From Eledone cirrhosa (taxonomy: Eukaryota), in assembly GCA_964016885.1 (NCBI GenBank), contig OZ024754.1, positions 9,176,001 to 9,240,000 on the forward strand: DNA of 64,000 nt. Direction: 5' to 3'. This document shows positions 43,224 to 57,104 of the stretch, in pieces; position 1 is the stretch's first letter; every line of letters starts with the position of its first letter. The notes under the pieces are model-generated. The model had not been told where the DNA came from. It did not search any database and saw only the letters and a program-made list of their open reading frames with translations. A program made the translations under genes and the position numbers.

Positions 43224-44715
43224 TTAACAACAGTGATTGTTCTATAGGGCAGAAACTTTTCCTGGATTTAAGGCGGCTTTTGGCAGGCACATGGCCAAAG
43301 AGAGGATCTTTTTGCACTGTAGTCTGTTGTTGACACTCTTGCTGCACTTCGTCATTTGCTCATACTTATGTTAAGGTATTGTTCTCAAAATAAATAATAT
43401 CAAAATCTCATGGCTTCAATATTATGTGAGATAATTATGAGGTAAAGCCTTTACTGCTTCTACCATCGATTTTTTTTTTTTTTAGCCACGTATTCCTTGG
43501 CTTATATTCAAGTATATAACAGCAAGCAAACTTCTTACACCATTCAATAGCTGAAATGGTTTAAGAAATCTACTCTATCATTTCAATTTGTTATATATAT
43601 ATATGTGTGTGTGTGCATACATACATATGAATAGGTGGCGTATTGGTTGAGTTGTTAGAATATTGGATAGAATGCTTTATGGTATAAAAAAAAATACCAG
43701 TCTAGTACTGGGATCGATTCTTCTTCTATATCTCTCTCTCTGGAAGAAATCTGCTGTCTTCAGACCTGTAGAAGGATGGGCTCTGCCAGGCTTAAAAAAC
43801 CCAAGAAACACTGTATGTCAATACACCGCCTCTATGATTTTATCAGGAGTTACAGAACCATACAATTGTTCTATAGTTTTTTTTTTTTTTTCATGAATCA
43901 TTATTAATATTGTTATAATTTCCCATTTACTTTTTTTTATTTCTGTCGGACATTTTATTATAAACAGTTTGGCTCTCATTCATCGCCAGGTAACACAGCT
44001 TTGTTTTTGCAAGAAAATATGGCTTAACAATCTCTGAAAAAGTTATTTCAGTATTCAATATAATATGTCCTCTAGACTACATAATATTAGTCATAACCCT
44101 ATTAATATAAATTGAACAATGATTTTTATTTCTTCATAACGTTATTCTCTGACCTATTTCTATACTCAGAGAAGTTGCAACACTCTATAAAAGTTATTTA
44201 TTAACTAAAAATAACACATCAGTGATGAAACAAAAAGAAGCAGCATTGTAGAGAATATTTTCCAGTAATTGCTTAAACCACAAAGAGTTTAAATCATTGG
44301 AAAAAATATATATTTTGTTGTTGTTGTCTTTAGAACTCTTTAAGAAAAACCGAATCAATAATGAAATATTATTCATCAGGAATTTTATTCATGGTGAATA
44401 ATATTTATTACTCATTCATACTATATATTATTCAGTGGGTGAGCATCAAAGACACGGATTGATGTGAATATGAGCAGTATGTGTACTTGTATGATAATGG
44501 AATGTAAATGGTAAATGGTGAAAAAAAAAAAAAAAAGTGTAGCAAGTTGATGGTATTTGATGCAGAACAAGGGAGCCTTGAGAAGTAATAAAGCCAAATC
44601 TGTGAATATTGGGTTTCAGAGACAAAATGGTGCAGAATTAAGGTAAATAATATGAAGTATTGCAGATATTAAAAAGAAAAAAAAAAACTAACATAACATA
44701 ATCCTACTTTAAGAA

Positions 44716-45185
44716 CTGTGGAGAAGATTATGATCGGCGGTGCGGCACCTGAGGTGAAAACCACACAGTTCGTCAGCAAGCTTGGACTCGAGAACATCTG
44801 TAGCTTGGAGAGCAGAGAGTCGCTACTTCTCTGAATTGAGAGATCACAGCTCCTATGTTACAGGCATGTGGACATGGAGGACCCTAATAAAGGGTTATGG
44901 GCAGTGTCTTGTCTCCTGACTCAGCAATAACAAAAGAAAAAAAAAAGGTTATTACACTGTGGTTTTTAAGATATTTCCAATAGAGAGTCACTACTTCTCC
45001 AAATTGAGAGATCACAGCTCTGATAATATGGACATGTGGTTAGAATGTCTCAGGAAAACCGACAGGAGACCCAGGGGTAGACCTTGAGCAAGATGGTTGG
45101 ACAACATCCATGAGCTTGGCTGGTCTTGCTTGGGGATTCAGGCAGATCAATTGGAGATGATTGCTTCTAACAAGATTCGGAGGAA
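44716..45185 (+). mobile_element. Degenerate RTE-type LINE fragments
   Basis: LLLRIERSQL..GHV and RPRGRP.ARWLD-like codons, internally duplicated. Confidence 0.55.
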
Positions 45186-45707
45186 TTAAAACTTTGTTAC
45201 ATCATACTTTATATATATATATGTTTTGTTATGTCCATTTTTCTACACATGCATGGGTTGGATGGGTCTTTTTCAGCACAGCATCTCCTCTGCGAGTCTC
45301 AGCAATTTGAGATCAGTTCTCACCCCCTTTGGCAAGTTCTTCCTTGGTTTACCTCCACTGGGATCTCCTGGTACCTCTTCACTCAGCAACTGCCATTCAT
45401 ACACAGCACGTTTGTATCTTTGACTAAACAAAATATTTAATATCATGCATTTGTCTGATTGTGTAGAAATCCGTTATGAATTATTCAAAATCATATTATA
45501 TGTGCATAAGATATATTATATATAAGACAAAGGTCGTTATGTATTATCTCAAAATAATTATTTTTTCTTATTAAATGACTTGTAAATTAAGAAGGTTAGC
45601 AATATCCATGAAAATAAATTAATTGATTCTCCAAAGTCTAATTGAAAATACAATTTGATGCTAACTAATTTACAGTCAATTTCTAACTATTTATGAGAGT
45701 AGGCTGA

Positions 45708-46140
45708 CTATGAAGAAGTGATGCTAGAGCTATGAAATCTTGCATGTATTAATTTCAACTGTTCTTAATAACTGCATTGTTTCTTTCCATGGACAATGTT
45801 GAAAAATACACCTCATTTGGTCGTTCCATGCGAGTATCTTGGTCAGCCTATGAAGGAGTGATGCTAGAGCTGTGAAATCTTACATGCATTGATTTTAACT
45901 CTTCTTATTAATAACTGTATTGTTCCTTTCCAGGGACTATGTTGAAAAATAAACCTCATTTGGTCATTCCATGAGAGTATCTTGGTCAGCCTATGAAGGA
46001 GTGAGGTTAGAGCTGTGAAATCTTACATGCATTGATTTTAACTCTTCTTATTAATAACTGTATTGTTCCTTTCCAGGGACTATGTTGAAAAATAAACCTC
46101 ATTTGGTCATTCCATGAGAGTATCTTGGTCAGACTATGAA
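45708..46140. repeat. ~140 bp tandem repeat x3
   Basis: CTATGAAGGAGTGATGCTAGAGCTGTGAAATCTT recurs three times. Dispersed relatives at ~35782 and ~33335. Confidence 0.8.
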
Positions 46141-48760
46141 CTTTTCAGTCAACCCTCATATATAAATACGTATATATGAATAAATTATCTCTCTAGAACA
46201 ATTTTTGATTCATTTTATGTATTATCAAAATTAGTTTGATGTGAATAATCCGAAAAAATATATAGATATTTATTGGAATACTGTTGAAGTGTGTATACAT
46301 TTTTGGGGGACACCCTATATAGTTATGTATTCTGTGATGTTTGGAAAATCATATAAAGGCTCCAAGGCTTCACAACTTTAGAGATTACTGTGCCAGAGAA
46401 ACTTCAGAAACAACAAAACATCTCCCTAATATAAATCTCTTCATGTACACAGTATAGAGTCAGAGTTGGACTAAATTAGATTAAATTAGTTAGCTTGATG
46501 TTTTGCAGCTGTGAGTTCAAATGCCATCAAGGTTGTTTAGGCCATGTCTCATGGGGGAGAAACAATGATGTCAATGCTAAAACATAAGCTGTACTGGAAT
46601 CTACCAACATTCCTTTCTACTCATGAAAAGAATTTTGTATAGTCAAAGGAATATATATCAGTATCATCAGAGCTGTGACAAATATTATGGAAAATGCTAT
46701 AGAAGTAAAATTATGATAATTTCCTTCTCATTACACTTTGCTCTGCTATTTTCCATTCCTTTTATGGTGAAATAATGGAGAAGAGAAGAAACTAAATGTG
46801 ATTGCTAGGGCATCCAGACAAAGACCTCTCTCTCTCTCACACACACCCAGGCCGATGCAGAAAGAGAAAGTGGTTATAAGCTTAAAGTTCATTGGTACTT
46901 TGGTAAGATGAATGAATAGGTTGATCTCTGGTGTAGCTTTACACAGAAAACTATGGGTTGTTATTAAACTCTTTAATAATAGGTAAGCTCTGTACCAATT
47001 TGACTACACTCTATGATAATAGTTTCACTGATGAAATGGTTGGAATACAGCATTGTTTTCCTGTTGGATTCTTTAGGTAATATATCGATGTATTTTAACT
47101 ATAAATTCTCATGTCTAAGCAACATCTTAGCTTCTTACAAAATAACAGTTAATGCCACCTTTAACCCTTTAGTATTTAAACCGGTTGTATTCATCCAGAA
47201 TTGTCTCACCTCTTTCTGTTGTAAAAGGCTGTAACTGACCACTCATACTGATATTAAGGTATTATTCTCAAAATAAATAATATCAAAACCTCGTAGATTC
47301 AAAATTATATGAAATTATTATGTGAAATAAAGCCTGTACCACAAAAATACAATAGTATATATATAGAGTAATGTAAATGCTAAAGAATTTACTGAACAAT
47401 GTAATCCTTAACCTTTATGCATTGTTTCCCTTGACACTGTATTATGTATTAAGGGGAGATTACTCTATCTGTGCCTTATGTTGCCAAGAGTATGTTAAAG
47501 GTTAATACACTGTCTAAAAGAAAGATGATATAGCTTGAATGGCTTTGATTTATGCCAGCAGCCTCATGTATCCCAAGTTATGTATCTTGACTTATAATTT
47601 CCACCAAACAGCAAATTATTGACTAAAATAAGATTCACATAAACTTAGAAATGTAAGTCTCCCCCACCAAAAAAAACAAAACAAACATTGTCTTACAAAT
47701 TCAATAAACCCGTAAATCAGTGAAGATTCGTTAAGCAAACTAACAAAAAAAAAATCTTCATTTGAAATTATTGAAGAGACATAATATATAGACGTGTGTA
47801 TACATACACATGTATTGATTTTCCTATATTGATTGGTACAAGGCCACAAGTTTGTTTTTATGAAACTGGTAGAGTTCGATCGATTGTAATAAATGGTTGG
47901 TATTTATTTTATGAACTCCAAAGGGACGACAGGCAAAAAACACTGCGGACCAGATTTCATCACGGACGAAAGGCAAAAAACACTGCGGACCAGATTTCAT
48001 CACAGAACAAAGAAAACAAAAGCAAATATCGTTTCTAGAACATAAATGCTTAATTTTTCTTTTGTCGGCGATATGCTAACCATCTGATGTACAGAAAAGC
48101 AATTAAAATACATTGTTTCTTGAAATTACATGAGGACTCACTTAAGTACTGAGCTGGGAAAGTAAAGGGCAACTTAACCCTTTAACATTTACATTACTGT
48201 ACATATATACTATTGTAATTTCACGGTAAAGACTTTATCTCATATAATATCAAATCTACGAGATTTTGATATTATTTATTTTGAGAACAATACCTTAACA
48301 TCAGTATGAGTGGCCAGTTTAATAGAAAGAAGTGAAAGAATTCTGGCCACTTTAAATGCATTTACATTACTCTATATTTACTATTGTAATTTCACGGTAA
48401 AGGCTTTATCTCATATAATATCAAATTTACGAGATTTTGATTTTGATTTTGAGAACAATACCGTAACATCAGTATGAGCAGCCAGTTTAAACGCTAAAAT
48501 GGAAAAAAAATCTGAAAAATTAATAAGTGGGGGGAGGTGGTCGGTTATCCAAGACCTGAGAGGAGACTCTCTTCTGTTATTTTAGTCACAGATATAGTGT
48601 ACTAAATATTGGTTCATTGGAAATTTGTACTCAATCACACTATTTTCCAAATATTAGGATATGGAATAATTAAAAATAAGTATTAGCAATCGAAATAAAA
48701 CAGTTCCGAGAGGAATCGAAACCGAACTACAAACTTCTACTCATAACCTTAGACGCTGAG

Positions 48761-48862
48761 CTGGCCAGCCTCAGGTGTGAACTCCGTGAGTTGGAGTGGC
48801 TTTTCCAGAGCGTCTCCCTAGCCGTCCTCCGTGGGAACGCCTTCTCCATCCTGTCCGCCGGG
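48761..48862 (+). mobile_element. CRE-like non-LTR retrotransposon C-terminal remnant
   Basis: LASLRCELRELEWLFQSVSLAVLRGNAFSILS resembles the L.QR.S.A..RGNA..I terminus of CRE-type restriction-like endonuclease elements. Followed by (TG)n. Confidence 0.55.
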
Positions 48863-49030
48863 GCTGTGTGTGTGTGTATGGGTGGGGGGTGGGACATCGC
48901 GTAACATTCCATATTTAGGTATCTAGATTTAATGGCTTTTATTTACACAAAAACATTCAACTAATCCACATCCACCAATGTCAAACCAAATACGTTATCA
49001 CAAACTTCAGTTAAACGTGACGTGTGTGAG

Positions 49031-49070
<40 letters not shown>

Positions 49071-49179
49071 CTTCCCATTTCAACTGATATTACACAATTA
49101 TCAACATCAAACAACACCTAAAACAATAACACGACAAAACATGAGTGGCTGAGTGCTCGAGAGGAGATTGATATGTTCC

Positions 49180-49770
49180 GGTGGATTGGCAGTATCGGTA
49201 GAGGGTCGGACGCCATGCTTTGCAGCATAGAGTTACGGCCCTTTATGATCTGAGGTCAAATCCCGCCGAGGTTAACTTTGCCTTTCATCCTTACGGGGGT
49301 CGTTAAAATAAAGTACCAGTAATGTACTGAGTAATTTTTGCTGGCCTTGTGCCAAAAGTAGAAGCAGTTATTATAACGAATTGATTGGCAGTATCAGTAG
49401 AGAGCCGGACGCTATGCTTTGCAGCATAGAGTTTCGTCCCTTTACGGCCTGAGTTCAAATCCTGCCGAGGTTAACTTTGCCTTTCATCCTTACGGGGGTC
49501 GTTAAAATAAAGTACCAGTAATGTACTGGGTAATTTTTGCTGGCCTTGTGCCAAAAGTAGAAGCAGTTATTATAACGAATTGATTGGCAGTATCAGTAGA
49601 GAGCCGGACGCTATGCTTTGCAGCATAGAGTTTCGTCCCTTTACGGCCTGAGTTCAAATCCTGCCGAGGTTAACTTTGCCTTTCATCCTTACGGGGTCGT
49701 TAAAATAAAGTACCAGTAATGTACTGGGATAATTGCTGGCCTTGTGCCAAAAATAGAAACACTTGTTATA
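49180..49770 (+). mobile_element. Three head-to-tail SINE family 1 copies
   Basis: Junction TTATAACGAATTGATTGGCAG is repeated; the heads of copies 2 and 3 are essentially identical. Confidence 0.85.
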
Positions 49771-51107
49771 ACGAATGGAAAATTTAACTTTAAATTTCAA
49801 TTTGAAGTTTTGTTTTTCAGTTATAAATAGGAATTTCTTCTTCTTCATATCTTCAGAATTCTCAAAAGAAATAACAAAGACAGGAAATCTGAACATGATT
49901 TGGAATCGAACCAACGTAGCTAGAAAATTATATTACAAAAACCAAAGTACAATACCGCTTTCTGTAAGGGGGGTGGGGGCATATATAGTTGATTAAATCG
50001 ATTCAATATTGTGACAATTGTTTGTTTTATCGATCTTAGTTGCATTACAAGCTAAGTCAAATTTCTGAAGAATTTGAAATCACAACAGTGAAATAGCAAA
50101 CTAGTCAATTCTTTATAGAGCTCCATTACTATCTATAAATCAATACACACAAGCTTGCATTCATACGAGGGATGAATCAATACATATACACAAGTATGCA
50201 TATAGTTAATCAAAGGCCAAATGAAAGAGCCTGATTTGAACGTATAGAGGAGGCATTGAAGCATAACTATTACGTGTTCCACTGTTTGAATTCACTTCTG
50301 AAGTCGCAACAAATAACAATATTGGATTCTTACTTAAAACATTTTTGGTTGAGAAATAGTAAATTCTCACTTAAGCATACCTACATACATTAAGTAATGA
50401 GTAAATTTACTTTTACAGTGCGGGATTTTATATTTTAAATGAAATGTATAATCGAAATAGTATATTACTGGTATTTATCGACTCCAACTAGATTTTATCC
50501 GTTAGATTCCCTATTAAAAAGAATGATTTAAAACAAATAAGCGTAAGACTATGCAGATACATACATTACTAAAAAGGTGCGTGCGGAATAATAAAAAAAA
50601 AAAGAGAGAACTACTACGTACCCAATCACACACAACATGGGGTGTTGGAGCCACCCTCTTATAATTTTTGAGGCGAACCACATTTAACAGCAGCAAAACT
50701 AAATCATGTTAACACATTTAATTCTATGTTCTACCGTCTTAGTCTTCTATACTTTCCTTCGATTTTACTACAAAGGGAAAAACAGAACGAAATAAATGTT
50801 TCATGCTTTTTTCTCCTGGGTATTAAATGGACTGAAAACAGAAATCGAGCGAAGTGTTCGGATATACTGAATAAAGGTTGAACAGTGTTATTGTTAAGAA
50901 GTTCAATCATTAAATATGTCTAGAAGGGTAGATTTACAGGCATCGATATATGTTTATAGGTGCTTATAACAAAAGAATGTTTGGTTATTGAACAAACAAC
51001 TTCTTGTTGGTGAATTTGGGTTATGAGCAGACGAAACAAAAAACAGAAATTGATGTTTATATCTAAGCAAGATGTACAATTCAATTACAGATTACTACGA
51101 AATATGT

Positions 51108-51655
51108 GGAGGCTTAGTGGTTAGGGTGTTCGATTCGGTTCATCGTAATGTCAAGAATTCGATTTCCAGCAAGACAGTTTAGTTCACATTGTTCCAGTTC
51201 ACTCAGCTGGCAAAATTGAGTTGAACTTATTAATTCAAAGGGTCAGCCTCGTCACACATTGTATGAAACAAAATCTCCCTGAGAACTGCGTTAAGGATAC
51301 ACGTGTTTGTGGTATGCTCAGACACTTGCACGTTAATTTCGAGAGCAGTCAGTGCCGGATTTATGACAAATAATTGTTTCTACTTTAGGCACAAGGCCAG
51401 CAATTATCCAGTGCATTACTGGTACTTTATTTTATCGACCCCGTAATGCCGTGTGCTAGTTAAGTTGAGGCCCCAAACATTTGAAAAATTAATCGTAAAA
51501 ATTTTGCGGTAGGAAGAAGCGCCCCTGCTGGTCAATGGGGCCCGGTTCTTAAGCACACCTAAGCACAATGGTAAACCCGACACTGCGAGCATTCACTCCC
51601 GTTATTCAAACAACCAAATAGAGCATTCGTTGTCGGAACCGGCAGAGATCCAACA
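51108..51655 (+). mobile_element. Old family-2-like SINE interrupted by an hAT-like MITE (51350-51585)
   Basis: tRNA-like head at 51108. MITE TIRs CAGTGCCGGATTTA / TAAACCCGACACTG with a degenerate 8 bp TSD AGAGCAGT/CGAGCATT. The MITE itself contains a SINE 1 fragment. Confidence 0.6.
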
Positions 51656-53363
51656 CCTAAATGTACTTGATGTATTGATATCGATAAATATTTGTTTGTG
51701 TACAGGTATAAGTATAAACATGAAATGTGAGAGGAAATGGATAAGATATTAATAAATGATAAAACTATATATCAAAGGCAATTGTTTTGAAAACTTGCGA
51801 CAACTAAATTCAATTTCAATGTGAAAAATTCACAGCACTGTTGTTAGTTAAATTAGATATACGGCGGAAATAAAGACTCACTTGAATAGTTCATTTTTTT
51901 TTCCTGCCACATTCTCTAACCGATCGAAGTCGACTTAGCTTTTTATCGTTCTGTGGTTCGATAAAATAAGTACCCCACCCCCTTGTTTTCTTTTTTAAAT
52001 GTTTTTTTTATCTCTCTTTTTGTGTTTATATTTGTATATATTATGTGTTTGTGTTTTCGTTCTGTAAGCGTACAACTGTAAATAAAAGATGGTCATACAC
52101 GCATCTCCTGGAATTCGAGGCTTTTGTGTCTATATTAGAAATCAATAAAGTGTCAGCACTGACAAAACAAGACTTATAATCAATATGTTCCAGCCGGGAC
52201 TATCCCAAATATTTGTCGTGAATTATTCCCATTATATTGTTTTTACATTCCTATACAGTGCCAAATCTATTTTACTCAACAATCAGATTATGCGCGAACA
52301 CCAAACGTGATCGAGGATAAAACAAGTTGTAAATAATATATATATTTAATTTTAAGGATAGTTGATAGGTTTGATTAGAATTTTGATGGTGAAATCCACG
52401 AAACTAGGGAAAATAGCAATGTTTAATATGTTTTAAAAGAACGTAGCCTTCAAAACTGTCGTAAGTCACTCGTTTTCTGTAGTTCCCTCACCAGAGAACT
52501 CCACAATAATTAAAATATATCGTTATTAATTTCTCTGGGACTTTCCATTAGTAACTTATTAGCTTTCACTTTTGTTGCAGTATACTCCTAACCCTTAGTT
52601 TTCACTATGTCGAGGACCACTAATGTTGTTATGAAATTATATATTTAATAGATTTGCTCTCCCATAATACATGGATTTGTTGTAAGTTAAACACGAGCCT
52701 TGGGGGTGGACCGAGCATTAACCGGATATTCTCCTTGCTATACGTAAACAATATTTATTCCCTCCGTAAACTTTAAATTAATTTGCAAACCTAAAAAGAA
52801 AGTTATAGTTTGAATACAAGCTCGTTACACTTCAAAATCGCCCTTATTAGGTTTATCGTAAACGTTAAAAAACTGCTTCTAATAATTATTAGTTTGTAAA
52901 TCTTAAAATGTTATATACGTTTTTACTGCCTTCAACTGGCTTTTATAGTTCGTGGGCTTTAAACAAGTGATAGATTTACACACATTTATGTGTACAAGAG
53001 AGCGGAAGAAAGATAAAATGCAAAGTAAGAAATGTATGTGTGTAAAGAATTCCATAACAGGATATGGAAGGTGTAGAATATAAGTGGCTTTACGAGATAA
53101 ATTGAGTGAGTGCGTGTAATGTTTGTGTTTAAATGGAAAACATACCAAAGCGAAACAAGTTTTAAAAAGGCGGGGTTAAAACAAAAAAAAAAATGTAGGA
53201 TTGCAGATATAACAAAAAATAACTGAATAATTGATAATAATTATATTATAAAGGAGAACTTCAAGGGAGCATATAAGTTCTGGGGAGAAATTAAAAGTTT
53301 AGTACCAGAACAAGGACCAGGCGTGAGGGAGAAAGCGCGGCCGAAATACATAGTAGTACAGAC

Positions 53364-53987
53364 TCATTCTTTATCGATCTGGTTGGAAGGGTGACTTGTT
53401 TTGAAAGCTTCCAGTTCTAATAAATCCTTGTTAATACGACTAATCACAGGAAAAGACTCCATGTTAACATTGAAGCGTGCAGCATTGTAAACCTGAGGCA
53501 CTAAACATAAATCGGCCAGAGTAATATCATCACCTACGCAGTATTTACCAGCAGACTGTTTCAGAAGATTTTCGAGTGCATGGAAGCCTTTCTCGATCCA
53601 GTAGTGGGCCCATTCCATCTTTTTCTCGCCAATTTTCTGAAGAAGGCCCACATTTTGTAGAGGTTGAATACCCGACACAATACATTCACAGATCTCGCGA
53701 ACGACGGCTTTCTTAGCTGGACATTTCGGGAGCAACGCTGGTTCAGGATGGGTATCATTTAAATATTCCATAATCGCCATAGATTGGGTTAGTGTTATTC
53801 CGTCGATCACCAAAGCCGGTACTTGTTCCATCGGATTCGTTTTTTTAAACTCATCACTATGCTGTTGCCCACCATCTTTGACAAGGTGAACAGGTTTGTA
53901 TTCATAGGGGATATTCTTCAAAGCTAATGCAATACGCACACGCCAGGAACACGAACTACGCCAATAAGAATATAAAACTGTAGTCAT
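53364..53987 (-). CDS. GSTZ1: Glutathione S-transferase zeta / maleylacetoacetate isomerase, single coding exon, 207 aa
   Basis: Uninterrupted ORF with the zeta-class signature LYSYWRSSCSWRVRIAL, plus NPMEQVPAL, LTQSMAIMEYL, SGIQPLQN, YCVGDDITLADLCLVPQVYNA and C-terminal HPSNQ. The first ATG is at 53987; the ORF track starts 9 nt earlier at a TTG. Confidence 0.96.
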   Translation of the reverse strand: MTTVLYSYWRSSCSWRVRIALALKNIPYEYKPVHLVKDGGQQHSDEFKKTNPMEQVPALVIDGITLTQSMAIMEYLNDTHPEPALLPKCPAKKAVVREICECIVSGIQPLQNVGLLQKIGEKKMEWAHYWIEKGFHALENLLKQSAGKYCVGDDITLADLCLVPQVYNAARFNVNMESFPVISRINKDLLELEAFKTSHPSNQIDKE

Positions 53988-54620
53988 GATTGCCAACTAA
54001 ATTTCAGAGAATAGTTGCTCGATATAAATATTTGGTACTATAAAGAAGTGAAATCGAGGACAGGACAAGTTCGATGCGAAGTTTTTGCTACTCCAACAAA
54101 AAGTCATGTAACGAAAGCCACGTGGGATACTTATAAATAGATGTATGGAGGAACAAAAGAGATATATTTTGGAGTGGTTCCTGTTCTCGTTTGTTATAAT
54201 GCCCGCCTTAAATAATTCATGAATTCGTTTATGCGCGTGTGCATGTATGTATGTGTATGTATTTATATATGTATATGTGTGTGTATGTATATATATATAT
54301 ATATAATAACTCAAGGACGATTTGTTAAGCCTTCATTACGTTTATTGATTGGTGACGGGCGTTTCGCTATTGATCAGCTCAAGGTTCGATCTGGAATCAA
54401 AAGCCCATCGGACCTCTACTGTTGTAATGAACATATAAAGCATGCATATATATACATATCAAATTAAAAAACGGAGTTAAAGACTCGCGTAAATCCCCTA
54501 TGTTTTAATGAGCTCGAGGATAGATTCCGGACTCTTTATAAGACTGTGGTATTCTATCCCCTATAATTGAACACATACCTCTTTGTGTATTTTTCTCTTT
54601 ATACTATATATATATATATA

Positions 54621-54720
54621 TAGGGTGTCCTAAAAAAATGTATACACACTTGAACAATATTCTAATAAATATTGCCTGTACAGGTAATCAAAGTGTGTAT
54701 ACATTTTTTGGGACACCCTG
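54621..54720. mobile_element. Tc1/mariner-type MITE
   Basis: ~30 bp TIRs AGGGTGTCC.AAAAAATGTATACACACTT / AAGTGTGTATACATTTTTTGGGACACCCTG, TA-flanked. A solo TIR lies at ~46286-46316. Confidence 0.8.
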
Positions 54721-54859
54721 TATATATGATGAAAATATTTCTTAGAAAAAAAACTCAATGGATGTTTGTCCAGAGCATCAATAATTGAAATATATATATA
54801 TATATATACCCCAGCATGGCCTCAGCCGGATGGCTGAAACAGGTAAAAGAATATCATTA

Positions 54860-55135
54860 TTTTATGTTCGCTTTTCCCTGCTTCCAGGGGTGGGACAGGT
54901 CTTATTAAGCATGGCATCTCTCCATTCGTCACGGCCCTTTGTCATCTCCTCCGTGAGCTTCAGCGATTTGAGGTTTGCTCTCACCACCTCTGCTCACGTT
55001 TTTCGTGGTCTTCCTTCTACTGGGATTTCTTTACCCAGCGGTCATCCTCCATGCGCATCACATGTCCATACCAACGCTGTCTTCTATCCTGTACACTACA
55101 GCCTATCCCTCTTATACACAGTTTCTCTCTCAACT
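54860..55135 (-). mobile_element. RTE LINE 3' fragment
   Basis: Minus strand RRQRWYGHVMRMEDDRWVK..GRPRKT*AEVVRANL. Confidence 0.7.
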
Positions 55136-55251
55136 CATCAACATATGTGTGTGTGTGTATATATAGAGAGAGAGAGAGCGATATATTATTAGAGAAACAG
55201 TATTTTGTACATATATAAAAAGCATATAATATTTAGGAAGCATATATTTAA

Positions 55252-55442
55252 GGGTGGTGGATTGGCAGTATCGGTAGAGGGTTGGGCGCCATGCTTTGAC
55301 GTATAGAGTTACCTCCCTTTATGATCTGAGTTCAAATCCCGCTGAGGTTAACTTTGCCTTTCATCCTTACGGGGTCGATAAAATAAAGTACCAGTAATGT
55401 ACTGGGATAATTGCTGGCCTTGTGCCTAAAGTAGAAACAATT
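55252..55442 (+). mobile_element. SINE family 1, full length
   Basis: Consensus match; ATATATTTAAGG direct repeat flanks. Confidence 0.85.
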
Positions 55443-56222
55443 ATATATTTAAGGTGGAAAAATGAATATTCCTTACAGCACTGTTTCATAGTTCCTGGAA
55501 CTGGATTGAAAATCAATCCAAGTAATTGATTGTTGACTACCAACTATTGATTTTGGTATAGCTCCAGGAGACATGGAATTAATTGCCAGAGGAAAGACGT
55601 TTTATTATAAGTTCCAATAAAATACAAAATATCATTATATCTATCATGTTCAGAGAAATAGTCAATCCAGTTCGTATTGGGGTGAATTAATATTTAACAG
55701 TGATAGCAGATATAAATAGGACTGGACATCGTATCTGCTAGAAAGACGTGCAATGTTCCAATTACAGCACAAACAGATATAAAGATATTTTGTATTTTAT
55801 TGGAACTATAACAAGACGACCATCTAACAGAATGGACTGGGTGGTTTTTTTTCTTTTGTCACCAGCATGACCATCTTATAGGGTGGATTGACTGCCATTT
55901 TCTCCTGTTACTAACACAACTTCCCAACAAGGTGAGCTGGGTGCGAAAAATTGCAACTTGTTCACCCTGTACATTGCTGATGATTCCATGCTAGCGTAGA
56001 AAAATGGATGTTAATCTATTATGATGAAACAGATCTTGTCCTGTAGAAGAAGTCACTTCTATATATAATAAAAATATATATGTGTGTATGTAGATAAATC
56101 TACCAAAATGTACGGTAGTGTCCAATCCGTATGAAGAACTCAATGTAATCCGAATATCATGAAAAGAGAAGATGTATTCAAAAGATTTTTTTCGATGAAA
56201 AATACAGGAAAACAGAGTCAAG

Positions 56223-56377
56223 ATAAATTAATAAAAATAATGAATAAACAAAGAAACAGTTCCTTTAGGATAAGCATACCAACACTAACATATATATCCT
56301 AGAAACGATCGTAAAATGATGAATTTTTTAATATAAGGAACTGTTTCTTTGTTTATTCATTATTTTTATTAATTTAT
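56223..56377. mobile_element. Fold-back element, family H, hammerhead 3' half in loop
   Basis: 43 bp inverted arms at 56223-56265 and 56335-56377. The loop has TAGGATA...TATCCTA-GAAA-CGATCG-TA^ (56266-56313); CTGATGA is lost at the arm junction. Confidence 0.55.
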
Positions 56378-56920
56378 GTGTGTATGTATATATATAATTA
56401 TGTCAGGTCGCTCTTGAGTGCTACTGGTAACATGTAACCCAGTACAACCTGTTTCATGGTCGGGTTGTCGGCGAGTAAGCCGGCAACCCCACCAAGCTTG
56501 CTTGGTGGGGATGGTGATATTTGTACACCCTGCGGGATGAAATACAAGACTTGGCAAATGGCGGAGGAACTCGGCAGAGTCAACGGCCATCCAAATAGTA
56601 CTTTTTTTTTTTTTTTTTTTTTTTTACCTGGGAGTGAAAGGCCCCTGTTGTTGTCACAACATCTTTCTAGGAGAGGGAAACTCTGAAAAAAAAAACTGCG
56701 GCTTCGGAGGCATCTGATGATGTTGACGAGTTCTCCTTCAAGTAGGGGTTGGTTGAGTGCAAGGACTTTCCCCACTTAAAATACATTCCAAGCATAGACA
56801 TTGCTTGTTTAGGATAGATGTGACTGGCCGAAGCCTAAAAGTGCACCAAACTCTGTAATGTCACAAGCAATTGCAGTACTTTTAGCAGAGTTTGCAGCCA
56901 TCATATATATACTCGTATGT

Positions 56921-57104
56921 CGGAGTTTCCCAAACGTTTTCAAACATGGAACCCTTTTGGGTTCAGAAACTTTTGGGTGGACCCCAAAGTCTTAATACGG
57001 TCATAATATGGTCATAATATGAATATACTCCTCTACCTTTTTTTCATGAAACCCCAGCCATTCCTTTGTGGAACTCTTGGGTTCCACAGAACCCACTTTG
57101 GGAA

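Noticed and set aside
49180-49270. tRNA genes at A-box/B-box motifs
   Set aside because: They run into SINE bodies and lack a closed cloverleaf and terminator, so they are SINE heads.
53988-53996. ORF-track N-terminal extension MAI of GSTZ1
   Set aside because: It starts at TTG, a non-standard start in eukaryotes; the ATG at 53987 fits homologue length.
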